A stretch of DNA of 59,186 bases, filler included, from Sphacelaria rigidula (lineage: Eukaryota): assembly GCA_964200075.2 (NCBI GenBank). It is 10 parts of 10 records of this genome, joined end to end, with 100 filler letters (N's around TTAATTAATTAA, not from the genome) between each part and the next. Parts side by side here need not be neighbours in the genome. Positions count along the whole stretch, not along the records: positions 23,717 to 29,545 come from CAXNAA020024142.1; positions 29,646 to 35,474 come from CAXNAA020024143.1; positions 35,575 to 41,402 come from CAXNAA020024144.1; 7 more parts are not named here. The stretch is one strand, 5' to 3'. Below are positions 25,313-37,381 of the stretch, in pieces; positions within the stretch are counted from its first letter, which is position 1; every line of letters starts with the position of its first letter. The position numbers and the translations under genes are program-made. Below the pieces are notes generated by a model, which was not told the origin of the DNA, did no database searches, and was given only the letters and a program-made list of their open reading frames with translations.

Positions 25313-26539
25313 GTATGCGTTATTTTTGCTTTCTTGTCCTATAGAGAGTCGGAGATGGGGGCAGGAATGGTTGTGTAGTTGTACACCTGCAGGTAAGTAC
25401 AGAAGGCTGACGCTGAAAGATGTGAAGCTATTGATCTAGCTATTCACTGCTACGTCGAAAATGGAGAGCGATGTTGACACAGTATTCATATGGCTAACAA
25501 AGACTCGTGAGTGAGGAACAAGGGACGCTGGAGACCCAGATGAGCAGGTGCAGATATCTAGAGCGCGAAAATAAAGGGTTCGCAGTGTAGTCGTGAACCA
25601 TCTCTTGCTTTTGGTGTCGAACCGGCACAACTTGACGGTCTGACGTTCCCATTCCTCACTAGGTCGTCCCTGAGAAACGTTCTTTATCGTTCCGATTCCT
25701 TCCACAAGGACGTTATTCGGGATAGAGAACCCCATTTTGACCGGCAGCGATCACTTCGCATCGAGCCAAGAGAAGCACGCACTCTGCGCTATGCGACTGA
25801 ATTTTACCTAGATGGATCGGGTAACGCACAACCCTTACAGGAGAGGCTGAGGGCTTATGACCGAAAATCAAGGTTAGCCAGTGGCCGAGATAGCAGGTAC
25901 ACTCTCCTTTGTACAGAGGAAGCGCACCCTTGATGTGTCTTGTCAGCGCAAGTGTACTGCGCATGTTGATTGACTGATTGATTGTCGCACTTTAACTGAC
26001 CCCCCAGGGGTACAGCCGTGGTGTCATGATAGACGTACCCAAAAAAAACGAAACTGAAACACGCTCTGAAAAAAAAAAAGAAGGAACAGACAAAAAAAAA
26101 AGAGGGGTCGAACAGAACGACAGAGCAGACTAAGTCGTGGCAGAAAAAAGAAAGTATTTCGGTGAATTGTCTTTTCATCATGCGGTAAATACGAGAGGAT
26201 ACACATCACCAAATGTGTAGTACCTACCCCCTGACTCGTGGAAGCTAGCTTGTGATGCATATGTACGGTAACGGCTACATGACAATGGCTGAGACTTAGC
26301 GCCGAGGGTTCCTCCACACGTTGACAAGTCGTACTTTCCGAATATTTAGATTTAACATTCGCTGCGTTCCCACTGAACCCACGTGAGTGCGCGTCCCCAC
26401 GTACACATACAGCTCGTGAATATTGACATCTGTATAATCGAATTTCATGAACAGAAAGCCTCCGGGAGAGTATTTTCGAGACTACTACGACCGTTAAACG
26501 ACGGGAAATGACTTTTCGAATGTGCATACTACGAGCCCA

Positions 26540-28375
26540 AGGGGTGTTCTGGGCGGGGCGTACTCGTTTCTTGCTTGCCTTAGTCGTTCGGTCATTGACC
26601 GCGCGCCCCTTGCGAGACGGAGCACCGCTCCTACCCCTGATGCAAGCACCTCCAACATTTGGGCACTCATTACCTTTCTTCCATACATTACGCAAATACC
26701 TTTTACATATATTATCCCCTTCCTGAGTCGCCGCCTGTGGCCACCATCTATATCTCCTAGTATAACCATCGTTTCTCCCCACTGTCTAGTGCGTCAAACG
26801 ATTTCATACCACCTCCGTTTATTTCCCACATTTCTCCCTCCAGCATGTCCCGTTCCTCCTTGTATAGTGCATATTCTGCCATTTTATGAGTTCTATTCCC
26901 TATTGCTTTGCCACAGGGGCAATTTCTGTGCATTTTCTTCCTCCTCCTCGCGACTACTGGTATACCTCTTTCATCTTTCTGATAGGTCCAGGTCTCCCAC
27001 CCGAAATCGTACTTTCAATTTTTTCGCCATTGGGCCATACAGATATGTTTTCATCCCCATCCCCTCTCTCAATCCCCCATATATCTTCAGGTGTTCTTCT
27101 CCGTCTACTTCCCGTCTTAGCGCTTCCTTTCCCCTTCTTTTCATCATGCCTCTTGCTTTTGCCTTGTACCCCTCGCATTTACCCATGAACGGTATTTCGT
27201 CTTCGTTTCCTCCTATCTCCTTCCATACTTTCTCGACTACGCTATCCCACCTTATTCCAGCCTGCCTTTTCGTCATTTTCCTCCATACAGCCCTCTCAAG
27301 TATGACTGGCAATCTCTTTCTTGGCATATCTGTTACGCTATGTTGCCATTTTCAGTTTTCCCATGTCTCCATTCGTTTCAAGTGGATACAATCCCAACTC
27401 TGCTCCCAATGCTTTATCACTCGTCGTTTTCAAACATCCAAGTATTTTCTTAGCTGCTGTCATCTGTGCCGTTTTCAAAATCTTCCCCAACTTCGCGTTC
27501 CCCTCCTATACTCCCCTTGCATATTCCAGATTCGGCACAATCACATTTATCGGAATACATCTCTCAGTTCTAGTATCTAGGTGCGAATCTCGTACGATCA
27601 CGTCCATCTTGCCTATCTGTGCCTTACCCGTTTCTAGTACTTTATCCATCTGTGCATCCCAAGAACAGTATTTTGGTATCTCCACACCAAGGTATGTATA
27701 TTACTCTACGATCGGCAATTTCTCTTTTCCCCACTTATATTTGAACTATAACGGCTTTTCTTTATCTTCGTTGCATACACCGCCGCGCCCCGGTGGTGTG
27801 ATAGTCTGACTGTCGCCACTAGGGTGGAGAAAACGAGGGTTCGATTCCGGATGCGTTGGGTGTTTTCTTCGTAGTATCTGATGTCCACCGTGAAAAGCGT
27901 GAGAACGTGAGTAAACAAAAGTAGTTGACTGCGTTTGTTTGAAGTGAATTGACGCGGTGCGGGACCGCTGACCCCATCCGCGAGGCCAAAATGCAAGGCG
28001 TGTATCGGGCAGAGATGGGTTGATCCCTTGAGACCACGGACTCGTCCCGAGAAAGGGGAAGGGTTCAAAGTGCGACAAATAAATAAAGTAAATGAATGAA
28101 TAAATAAAACAAAACACAAGTACCGCGCATTCGTTCACATGCGCTGCCACTCTCCATCTCCTAGTGTAGTCTAGCGCCTTCTCTATTTAGTTCTGCAATC
28201 CTTCTGGTGTTTCTGATATCCCCGCGAAATCATCCGCGAACATCAATTCCGATACCGTATCTTGCCCCGCCTTGACTCCTTGCTTCGCTGCTTCTACTGC
28301 TATTATCAGGTCATTAGAAGATACTTTGAATAAAGTGGGTGATAACGTACATCCTTGTGCAACCCCGACCCTCAC
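26540..28375 (-). mobile_element. 5'-truncated, degenerate LINE (RT C-terminal half and C-terminal domain), antisense in a kinase intron
   Basis: GVAQGCTLSPTLFK...LMFADDFAG (RT motifs), YTYLGVEI, IRWDSVVEKVWKEIG; stops and frameshifts; homologous to 45190-46470. Confidence 0.92.
27780..28115 (+). mobile_element. tRNA-derived SINE, full length, nested in the LINE
   Basis: gccccggtggtgtgatagtc (A box)...ggttcgattcc (B box)...aaataaataaa tail; the flanks rejoin as cttcgttgcatacaagtacc, matching the uninterrupted LINE at ~46370-46390. Confidence 0.9.
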
Positions 28376-28522
28376 CAACCTAGTGTGTACCACCTTACTA
28401 GTCTGTTAGCCTCAGCGTTGAGCGTCCGCATCCTCATTCATCCCTTCCCCCACGTTCCCTCTACCGCACCGTGTGACGATCATCGGGCTTGTTGTTGCGT
28501 GCGACGTAATGCTTTTTTTCAG

Positions 28523-28597
28523 GCTGCGGAGCACGAGATTCGCATGGTCCGGCCCTTGCGACATCCTAACATCGTGCGTTTCCTGGGGACAGAGCAG
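28523..28597 (+). CDS. MAP3K-like kinase, exon with subdomains III-IV
   Basis: tttttttcag|AAEHEIRMVRPLRHPNIVRFLGTEQ|gtaggc; 75 nt, phase 0/0. Confidence 0.92.
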
Positions 28598-28975
28598 GTA
28601 GGCGAGTTTCCCCTGACCATATTGCGTGCGACTGTGTTAGTACTATCTCACTCGTTTTCGCCGCCAACGGTGCTATTTGCGTCGTTTGAGTATAGATTGT
28701 TGGCACCAGCGTTGACCTCTTTTGGATTGTCACGAAGCCATCGTCCGCGCTGTTTTCTGCTCTGTGTGACACAAGACGGGACCCTGCATGTGCATCATGT
28801 TGGAATAACAATGCTGCAGGTACTATCACCCGCTCGAGGAAGCAGTTGCTATAGTACCTGTCTGTGACCTTGCGCCCTGTATTGTATGGCACCGGTCGTC
28901 ATGGTTTCTTCCGTGTACTCTGACCTGTGCTTATTGCGTGATCCCTTCTCACGACCGTTCATCTTACCGCGGAAG

Positions 28976-29146
28976 GCCAAGGATCATCTTAATATATTCC
29001 TCGAGTATATGGACGGTGGTAGCCTGCGCTCTCGATTGAAAAGCGAGGGCCGCATGTCAGAGAAAAAAACGGCGAACATCACGAGGGAACTCTTGACGGG
29101 ACTTCGCTACCTCCACTCCCAAGGCATCACACACCGAGATATTAAG
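28976..29146 (+). CDS. MAP3K-like kinase, exon with subdomains V-VIb
   Basis: aag|AKDHLNIFLEYMDGGSL...GLRYLHSQGITHRDIK|gtgggt; 171 nt, phase 0/0; LNIFLEY..GGSL and HRDIK are typical of the STE11 family. Confidence 0.92.
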
Positions 29147-29469
29147 GTGGGTTGGTGGCAGGATAAGGAGGGAAGATAAAATAGGCAGAAAGTGTTGATG
29201 AAAGTAGGCAACTGCTGTTTGTTCTCCGAGTCCGTGCTATTTAGCCAGAGAGGGGGCAGTTCTGCACAATCTAGCACATGGTTGGTTGCTTGGTTGGTTG
29301 ATCTGTCATCTCAAATTGCATTCTTCGGAGAGCAACGTGGAGATCCTGTAGCTGGTGCGTAGCCCATGTCGTGTCGACAAACACCGTAGCGTACATCAAG
29401 GGGATGCACAATATATCGCTTCCGCCCCTTCTTCGACCCTCCGCAACAACCAGAAGGAGTAGATCCCCC

Positions 29470-29545
29470 CCCTCCCCCCCGCTGGTGACGCACCCATGAG
29501 GCAGTGTGTAAGCCGTGGCTGTCTCTGGAAGTGGCGATACCAGAA
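29470..29545 (+). repeat. Dispersed repeat fragment
   Basis: Reverse complement of ~46757-46830 (ttctggtatcgccacttcca...cactgcctcatgggtg..tcacca). Confidence 0.7.
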
Positions 29546-29729
29546 NNNNNNNNNNNNNNNNNNNNNNNNNNNNNNNNNNNNNNNNNNNNTTAATTAATTA
29601 ANNNNNNNNNNNNNNNNNNNNNNNNNNNNNNNNNNNNNNNNNNNNGACCAAACCTTCTACAACGTCCCCTAGCTCGACTCTGTACACGAGTCACCCTACC
29701 CATCCGGGGGTCGGTCCTCAAGGCGACGC

Positions 29730-29953
29730 GCTCGTCGTCCAAGGGTTAACCCTTCGACAAGCAGGGTAGTCCATCTGAATCATGCATAATTTTCTCAAGT
29801 AAAATTGATGCCGTTTCAATGGATCACCTACTCTCGCGGTCTAAGGGTCAACCCTTGGGCGGCGGCAGTAGGTCATCCATTGAATCGGCCTCAATTTCAC
29901 TTGGGAAGGCAATGCATGATCGAGATGAACTACCCTCGCGGTCTAAGGATTGA
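29730..29953. mobile_element. Abutting ~98-bp TTAA-type (piggyBac-like) MITEs: 29750-29847, an inverted copy at 29852-29949, and the end of a third
   Basis: ...aaggg|TTAA|ccctt...ctaaggg|TCAA|ccctt...ctaagga|TTGA; CCCTT termini. Confidence 0.75.
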
Positions 29954-30675
29954 AGACTAAATAGTGAAATCACCACGTTCGGGTGATCAAGCAAACTCTC
30001 AACATTTTGCATCTAAAATATATAATTGCGTTAGAGTCTGTCTGACTGGAATCATCACAGCCGAAGGCTTGTTCAAATCTGTAACAGACAGTTGTACTTG
30101 TCTACTTGTACCGGTTCAGGTACCGGTCAAACCACAATTCACAAGCTGGCAGTTGAAGTTCGACGGTTCACACTTGAATCTCAAAAAAGTGGAAAGCAAC
30201 GCAATCTCCACAATTTTTTCGAGCGGTGTGCCCCGAAGAGCGACGCCTCGATCATTACGACTCTCATGCGATGCAGATTGACTGCAGACCATGCACAGCA
30301 CGGCAGCGTAACAGCACGGTAACCTCATGACATAGATCACACATGAAACACCACCCTTGACCTGTACTGTACTGTGGACGAACACCTACCATACTTACGC
30401 ATGAGAAAGAGACCAGAGAAACTTTCGTGTTGGAAAGACTGCGCTCACTGCTGACTGTCAACAGTCCTGTTGTTATTACAGTAGTAGCCCTAGCTCCACA
30501 GGTCGCGAAAAATTCCGCGTAAGCTCTCCCAAAAGCCAGGTGCTAAGCAAGTGAAGATATCGCGAGTACGCAACCACATCTTGACACCCTTCTGATATTG
30601 GACCCAGCTACCGTCTGTGAAAAGTCGCTCCAACTCACAGTCGAGCCTAACCACACGGACATCATTTCTCCTCAC

Positions 30676-31066
30676 ATTGAGCATCGATACCACCCAAGGG
30701 AATTCCAAGAATCCGTTTGTTGCCGCTTGATTTTACAGTGTCGTCAATGTCCGTCACCACGCGTACCCTCTTTGGAGCGATGCCAGATGTAAATGCCCGC
30801 AGCGCGCCCAAGGCACCGAGCCCCAGTAATCCTGCCCCTGTCTCTACTCCTAGCAACATCACCACTTGTGTTTCGACAGGCGATATCGCCCTTTTTTTCG
30901 GCTTCTTGTAGCAGTTTTGTCGTGGACATCGAGATCCCAGTTGCCACAGTAGTGTCGCAGACGAGCGTGGGCGTAGGTGCGGCCTTGTGACAAATGCATA
31001 CGCAGGAAAGGAAATACTAGACATACTGACCAATACCGTGGTGAATATTCTTAGTGACCTCGCCAT
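30676..31066 (-). CDS. First coding exon of a plastid-targeted HAD/APP1-like (DIDDT motif) putative phosphatase
   Basis: MARSLRIFTTVLVSMSSISFPAYA|FVTRP (signal peptide, A|F cleavage motif, Arg/Ser-rich transit peptide) ... RVRVVTDIDDTVKSSG..ILGIPLGGIDAQ then phase-1 donor |gtgag. Confidence 0.75.
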
Positions 31067-32321
31067 TGATCCCCGCCTCCCTCCACCTCTGCTACCCTTC
31101 CGCCCTAAACCAAAAACTGTGGACGGCCATGCATACTTGATACTCCTAGTGCCTCTAGGTTTTTCAACATCACAGTAGGCTCCAGGGCTAGGCAGATCCC
31201 GTTGATCCGAATGCGGGTACGAGGAATCTGATGTTGGTACTATGGTACATACCAACAAACAGAAAACGTGCATTATCAAGGTAAGGTTCAGCAGGCAGGT
31301 CGCCATTCAGCACCCCGCTACACCCTAGCTGAAGAAAGGCTGAAAGAGACGGCTGGATAATGAACACAATGTACCCCCCTCAAGCGGACTGCGCGGTTGA
31401 CGGTAAGAAGAATGAATGTGCGTGCGTGCGCGTGTGCGTGAGAGAGACGGAACGAAAGAGAGGGAGGGAGAATTATTATTGAGCGAAAAACGGCGGAGAG
31501 AAAATCCAGGAATGGTTTGGCAACTCTTCTTTCCGTTATGACCCTGCGCTGCAGGCTCCGGTAGCTAGTACAGGTGATGCAATAAAAACCACGCCGATTA
31601 TTGACGGGGGCCAGCTGGTCCACGTGTAGCTGTTGTGCATAGTTAAAGAGGGCCACCATGAATTAGTAGTGCACGATGCTGTCATCAAGTTTCTCGCGAC
31701 ACACCATGCGGCATTTGTTGTGTTATCTGGTGCGGAGTGTCTCCGTTACACGTTCGCATGCCACATTTCTTTCAAGTTCATTTTATTCAAGTTGAAAGTG
31801 TTTCGATCACTTATTATCGATGACTCCCGATCGTTCCGAACACAAAGTTTCCGAGTAGCAGGTGTCAATTCCCCCCCTCGTTATCCTGTACTTGAGCACA
31901 TACCCAGAGCGATGGTCTCGCTATCTCGAAACCCATGCTGTTTTTGTACGACGTGTTCGCCTCTACTTTGTGAGCGACATCGGTTGAGTAGAGCTTACGG
32001 TAAACACGTCGTTGGTCGGTTGTCTGCGGACTGGTGAGTATTTCGCAGCTGTTGTGTAAGCGTTGCGATAAAAGTGTACGCGACAACCTCGGACCTTGCG
32101 CAAACAGCGGTGCGGTACGCGTCATTGTGTCTGTCGTGCCTAAACGGCAAAGGTACTGTGTGGTGCATCGCCTGGCCAAGGATCAAAATGCGTGTATCAT
32201 GTTGTGGAGAACCACAACACAACAGAGGACAACAGTGGTCTCTATCAAACTTACACCCGTCAAAATGATGGCGGTAATAAACGGTTAACAATCAGGTCTG
32301 TGCGGGCGTCGCTGGCGACTA

Positions 32322-32527
32322 ATGAACACGAGTCACTCAGAGCAAAACGGCAACAGCAACACATCTGGGTACCACCACGACGCAACCCCGTATCAAGATG
32401 ATGCTGAAGGGCAGACGTTTGCGGCCGGGGTACGAGCTATCTGGCAGCGACCCACCTTTGCAGGGAGCTTGGCTAAGGACCTTCCGCGCCTAGCGCGACG
32501 CATAACGGTCAGGACCCGCACCGGCAG
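32322..32527 (+). CDS. Possible first coding exon of an unknown gene, divergent from the DIDDT gene
   Basis: ATG follows an acceptor-like aatcag; strong donor cag|gtgggt; phase 2 is compatible with the acceptor tttgcgtag at ~34009 (TRTG-S-ALWSGSSVFPAMHIMR); no recognised domain. Confidence 0.35.
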
Positions 32528-33075
32528 GTGGGTTGTTATTTTTCCGTGTTTTCATTCTTCGGTGGATCGCTCTAATCGTAATGTTCTTCTGTTACGCAGT
32601 ATCCACAAACTACAACAGCAGCACCGCACACGCTCTTGTATATCGGACTATTCACACCATTGCAAAACGTTCGCGCGCCCTCTTCAGAAGATCCCATCAA
32701 GTGTCCGATATAATATCCTCAGTTTCAGATGTGGTTACGCTCCGCTGCAGCACTGCTGTTCATTGCTGTACTGTGATGCGTTGTCTCTGCTGTAATAATG
32801 TAATATTTAACGTGTTCAGATTCGTAGCGTAGTAGTCGGTGTAGAGTTATGGTACGGTATACGGTGCTCGTATTGCATGTACTACACTGTACTCGGCAGT
32901 CCAAACTTGCCCCGATTTCGATTGGTCCACTCAACTGACTATTCCGAGTTCCTGTTATGGGATGTACAGGTAGATGAAGTTGTACTGCATACTATACGTA
33001 CGAACAACCCTTGTTTACCGTCTCGAACAAACGAAGACGCACTCGGACTTACGAATGCGGTGTACTTGCTTAGAA

Positions 33076-33672
33076 TTAACACTTTGACGGCGAGGGGAGG
33101 TCACCTGCTGCATCGGCATCAATATTCACTGTAAACAATTATGCGTGGGTCAGGTGATCTACCCGCATCGTGGTCTAAGGGTTGAGTGCCTAACATTAAT
33201 TCTGATGTCCAATTTCCTTAGTTTCGCCACGTGTTGTAAAATACCTGCAGCTCGTTGAACTTGACCCTTGGACCGCGATGTGGGTAGTCCATCTGGATCA
33301 CCCACCAGCGACACGTTTTTGAAGTGAACATTGATGCCGATTCAGCAGGTGACCTACCTCGCGGTCAAAGGTTTAATGCGTCCTTGGAATGAACCCTTGG
33401 ACGGCAAAAGTAGGTCACCTGTTGAATCGGCATCAATTTTACTTGAAAGTGTCCGTGATCCAGGGACTACCCTCCTCGCGGTCGGGTCAAGTTCTCAACT
33501 ATGCGTAAATCATGCATCAAGTCCGATGTCTGATTTTCCTTGTTTTGCCACAACGTGTTGCAAAAGATTTGAAGCTCTTTGATGACGAGCACAGGTCATC
33601 AGTTTAATCGGCTCCAGTTTCATTTGAAAAAACTACCCATGATCCAGATAGACCACCTTCGCCGCCAAGGGA
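33076..33672. mobile_element. Cluster of about 4 degenerate TTAA-type MITE copies in mixed orientation
   Basis: Repeated cccttggac(c/g)gc...gtagtccatctggatca / gaatcggcatcaat / gcggtc(t/a)aagg motifs at ~33076, 33261, 33391 and 33575. Confidence 0.7.
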
Positions 33673-34294
33673 TACACGTTTTTTTTCAGGCAAAATGTGA
33701 CAGCGTATTTCCGTGTCAGGTCAGGTAATAAATCAAGTTATATGACTACAGGGGAGTCCGAAAATCTAACGTCGACGTTTTTTTCAGTGTTTCTATTTTG
33801 GAGAAGTTGGGAACAACGTCATTTTTGGGGGAAAGTCTGAAGAGCCTGAAATTAAAGTTTCGTTCATGATCCCTCTATTACTGCATTACTCTCTGTTACC
33901 CCCAATGGTGCGTTCTGGCTGTACTCTTGAAACCGAAGGAGGCATTCTGTAAAACCAAGCTCGTTTGTTGAACGTGCATCCTCCCTCTACCACCCCATTG
34001 TTTGCGTAGTGCACTGTGGTCGGGATCGAGCGTCTTTCCCGCGATGCACATCATGCGTCTCACATACTCTGTAATGGGTGATTCAAAGTCTTCCCGGCGG
34101 GGAGAGATTAGGCGTGTTTCCATGCCTCACCGATCACCTCAGGTGAAGGTCAGGTATACGTCGGTTTTACCGTATCTTCTGCGGAACCCCATTGTGATAT
34201 ATCTATGCCCATGGTCAAAATGCTCCGGGACCGCGGTGCCGCAGAAGTAAGATGGGTAGACATGAATTTATGTGGATGAGTCCTTTAGCTCGTA

Positions 34295-34506
34295 GTAGGC
34301 GTTGCGGTGGATATTTCTTTTACGTTGGTATCCGCACGGCACAAGTCACCGTTGCAGGTGAGGCAGAAGGTGTTGCTGTTCCGCCGTGCAATAGCAAGCC
34401 GTAGGCGTTGCGGTGGATATTTCTTCTACGTTGGTGTCCGCACGGCACAAGTCGCCGTTGCAGGTGAGGCAGAAGCTGTTGTTGTTCCGCCGTGCAATAG
34501 CAAGCC
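34295..34506. repeat. 106-bp tandem duplication (2 near-identical copies)
   Basis: gtaggcgttgcggtggatatttc...gcaatagcaagcc at 34295 and 34401. Confidence 0.95.
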
Positions 34507-35089
34507 TGAGCTAGCCTGTACCTTACGTACAGTAGACGACGGAGATGGACCCGGTGTCATGAGCTTCATTCTCAACATAATCGAAAGCTGCGCAGGACAT
34601 GCCACCCGCAGTTGCACATTGGGATGATTGTTAAGTCGCTTGAACGGTTTTGCATTGTCCATTTTCGTACATGTCTACAAAGTTGAGTTTGCAACAGCAT
34701 GGACCAAAGAATCATTTTTTTCCCTAGAAGTTGAGGGGAAAATATCTACTTTTGCTTGATTTTAGAACAACCTCGGGATTCAAAAGTGTGGAGTAAAATT
34801 TTCGACTTGACGGTCGACAAAAGAGACGGCTGAACCCTTCCCGCGATAACACACAAGACGAGCACCGCAGAAGGAAGGTGGACTCCTGGAACAGAGTAAA
34901 AGTAAAATGAACCTCCTGTGTTGACCTTCTCCCTATGTGACCCCCGCTGATGCGCCCACATATACCGAAACACGTAGACTGGTGTCCGGAATAGATTCGA
35001 TGAAACAACCACCCTTGGGGCAAGGTACATAATCAGAGTAAAGGATATAATTGCCGCGTCCCGGTGGTATAATGCTCTGACTGACAGCT

Positions 35090-35195
35090 TTAACCCTTGA
35101 ACCGCGAGATTAGTCTTTCTGGATCATGCATACATTTTTCCACTTGAAATTGATGCAGATTCAACAGAAGACTAACGTCGCAGTCTAAGGGTTAA
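35090..35195. mobile_element. TTAA-type MITE (35094-35191) with intact TTAA on both sides; SINE-head fragment just upstream (35054-35087)
   Basis: TTAA|cccttgaaccgcgag...gcagtctaaggg|TTAA. Confidence 0.8.
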
Positions 35196-35804
35196 CCCTT
35201 CTGAAACCGTTGATGGAAAAATGACGATTTACTAGAGCTCGGAAATGGTTTGTCTAACCATCAACCAGTTGAATGGTTACGCGTAACGCACTTAATAACC
35301 CTTTGGAAACCCTCCCGTCCTGTCCCCGTGCCAGATGCCTCATTATGAGAAGCCCTGACAAATAAGAAAAGATGGAAACAGAAAAGACCGACGGCAAACA
35401 TTTTCACTGTGGAAGACCAAAGACGACTGCAGACGCACACGTCATGGATGTACTGAAAATGAAATCCCGGAACGNNNNNNNNNNNNNNNNNNNNNNNNNN
35501 NNNNNNNNNNNNNNNNNNTTAATTAATTAANNNNNNNNNNNNNNNNNNNNNNNNNNNNNNNNNNNNNNNNNNNNTACCTGCGGACTGGCAGAGTAACACA
35601 ATATTATCGTACAACAGCCGTCAGGGTTCTATATCTAACACCATACTACACTGTCATTAGAGCGGTGAGTGTCGGCTGTAACATAAGTTACCCATTAACA
35701 TAGCACAAGTAGACCTCGTTGTAGTATATGTTTCTCGTGTTACAATACCCGTCAACCAAGCCAAATAACGTAACATAGGTAACATACCATACTACGTTAT
35801 CCGA

Positions 35805-36951
35805 GGTGTGGAAACTTCTAAGAGTTGAGGCTCATCGGAAAGGGTGACACCAAAACTGCCAGTGTACCAAAGGTGGTAAGCCGCTCCGGTAGCCTGCTCA
35901 TTCTTCTTGAAGGCTAAGGCACCATTGAGGGTACCAAAGTGTTCTAGGAGAAGTTCTCCACGAGGCGCCGACTTGGGAGATAAGGTTGGAAGGGTGCGGT
36001 ATGTGCGTTGGTCGAACCGCATCCAACTGTCTCTGCCAAGGAGGAGAGCATGATGCATGGTGCTGTCAGGGACGATGTAAACCCAGACTGCGAGGCTAGC
36101 CGAACGTGTATCGTGGTGGAAACATTGCACACTAAGACGAACAGATTTTCGTGTCAAGGGTGAATTGGAGTCGCCGAAACCGCCCCCAACGCGAGGTTGG
36201 GTGGTGATTTCGCAGACATCGGAAGCAGCGCCAGTCTGCTTCATATGATTCCACATGGATTCTTTGATGAAGGTCTGTGGACTTCCGCTGTCTAACAATG
36301 AGACGCACTTGGCACGCGCGGTGGCGTAAGGGCCGCGGTGTAATGTTACGCGGGTAGTGAAGGTGGCAGGATCAACGGACACCTTACCACCAACAAGGTC
36401 AGGGCCATGTTCAGACAGGGTGAATTGGTCAGGATTAGTTGGACTGGCCGTGAAAACGGATGGCGGGTGATCCGCGGGGGGTTCGAAGGTATCGGTAGAC
36501 ATCGTGGGGTCTGATCCGATCGTGAAGGGCAGCGTGTATTATGATTTTGATCAATCTCGTAGATCACTGGCTTGGAAGTACAAGGATCATTGTTGAATAG
36601 AGATTGCTGCGAAGTGCGACAGGGGTCATCGGTGGAGGATGTGGTACTCTCTGAAAGGTCCGATTTGGATTCCTCTGGGATGCCTGGCAATGTCATCGAG
36701 CTCAAAGTCACCGCTTTTTGGGGAGAATGAGGTCGGAATTTTCCGCTGACGGGAGGGGGATATGTCAATGCTCGCGCTGCCATGGGGACATGACAACGAG
36801 GCTTCCTCTCGTGCCATGACAAATGACTGGGAACTTCCAAGACTTCTTGGGAAACTGCAACTGCGTCCAGTTGAGGTGATGCTGTCAACATCGGGGCATG
36901 CTCGGCCGAGACTTGTGGACTGTCCGCTGGCAAGTTCGGTACAACGGGCAC
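35805..36951 (-). pseudogene. Ty3/Gypsy pol 5' part: aspartic protease and the following domain, frameshifted and truncated before RT
   Basis: VSLLDSGSPQTFI ... LLLGRDSW retropepsin motifs; collinear with the RT-bearing ORF 49234-51717 (VIYEI/AVYEI, SVRLSVQ, EPQL). Confidence 0.88.
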
Positions 36952-37381
36952 GGCTAAATGTGAAAGGGGACGAGTGTTGTCCGCTGTATGTCGGGGTAGT
37001 TTCGCAGTAGAAGTGTGGCGCGAAAAACGACTACGATCAGGCCGGGTGGGAGTCGAAGTGTTTGAAGCGATCAGTTTCGAACCATCAACACCAGAACCAG
37101 GTTAAGGAAGTCTGCTACAACCGGTGCGTGCGGTCGTTGAGGAAAGCCTGTGCCTCAAGGGTCCGCGATCGGTCTTCCGACACCTCAGATTTATACTTAG
37201 TTCCGGAGGATCAATTCTGCGTACATAAAGAAGAAGACGGGGGTCGAGAAGAGCGACCGTCATTAGATCTCCTGAATAATGATGGGTGAGAACGTTTTGT
37301 CACCCGAGCGGTGGTGTGTGTTGGATGAGTGTTTGATTCTGCTATCGGCGGCGCCAAAGACTTCACGCCGTCGTCGGCGTG

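Noticed and set aside
26522..27580. 352-aa hydrophobic + strand ORF (and the similar 45524-46309)
   Set aside because: Antisense shadow of purine-rich LINE coding sequence
27785..27860. tRNA gene (A and B boxes)
   Set aside because: No full cloverleaf is evident; it is the head of a multi-copy SINE
30662..31306. Full 214-aa ORF as the protein N-terminus
   Set aside because: The signal-peptide and A|F architecture begins at the internal Met (31066), and the last codons lie past a GT donor
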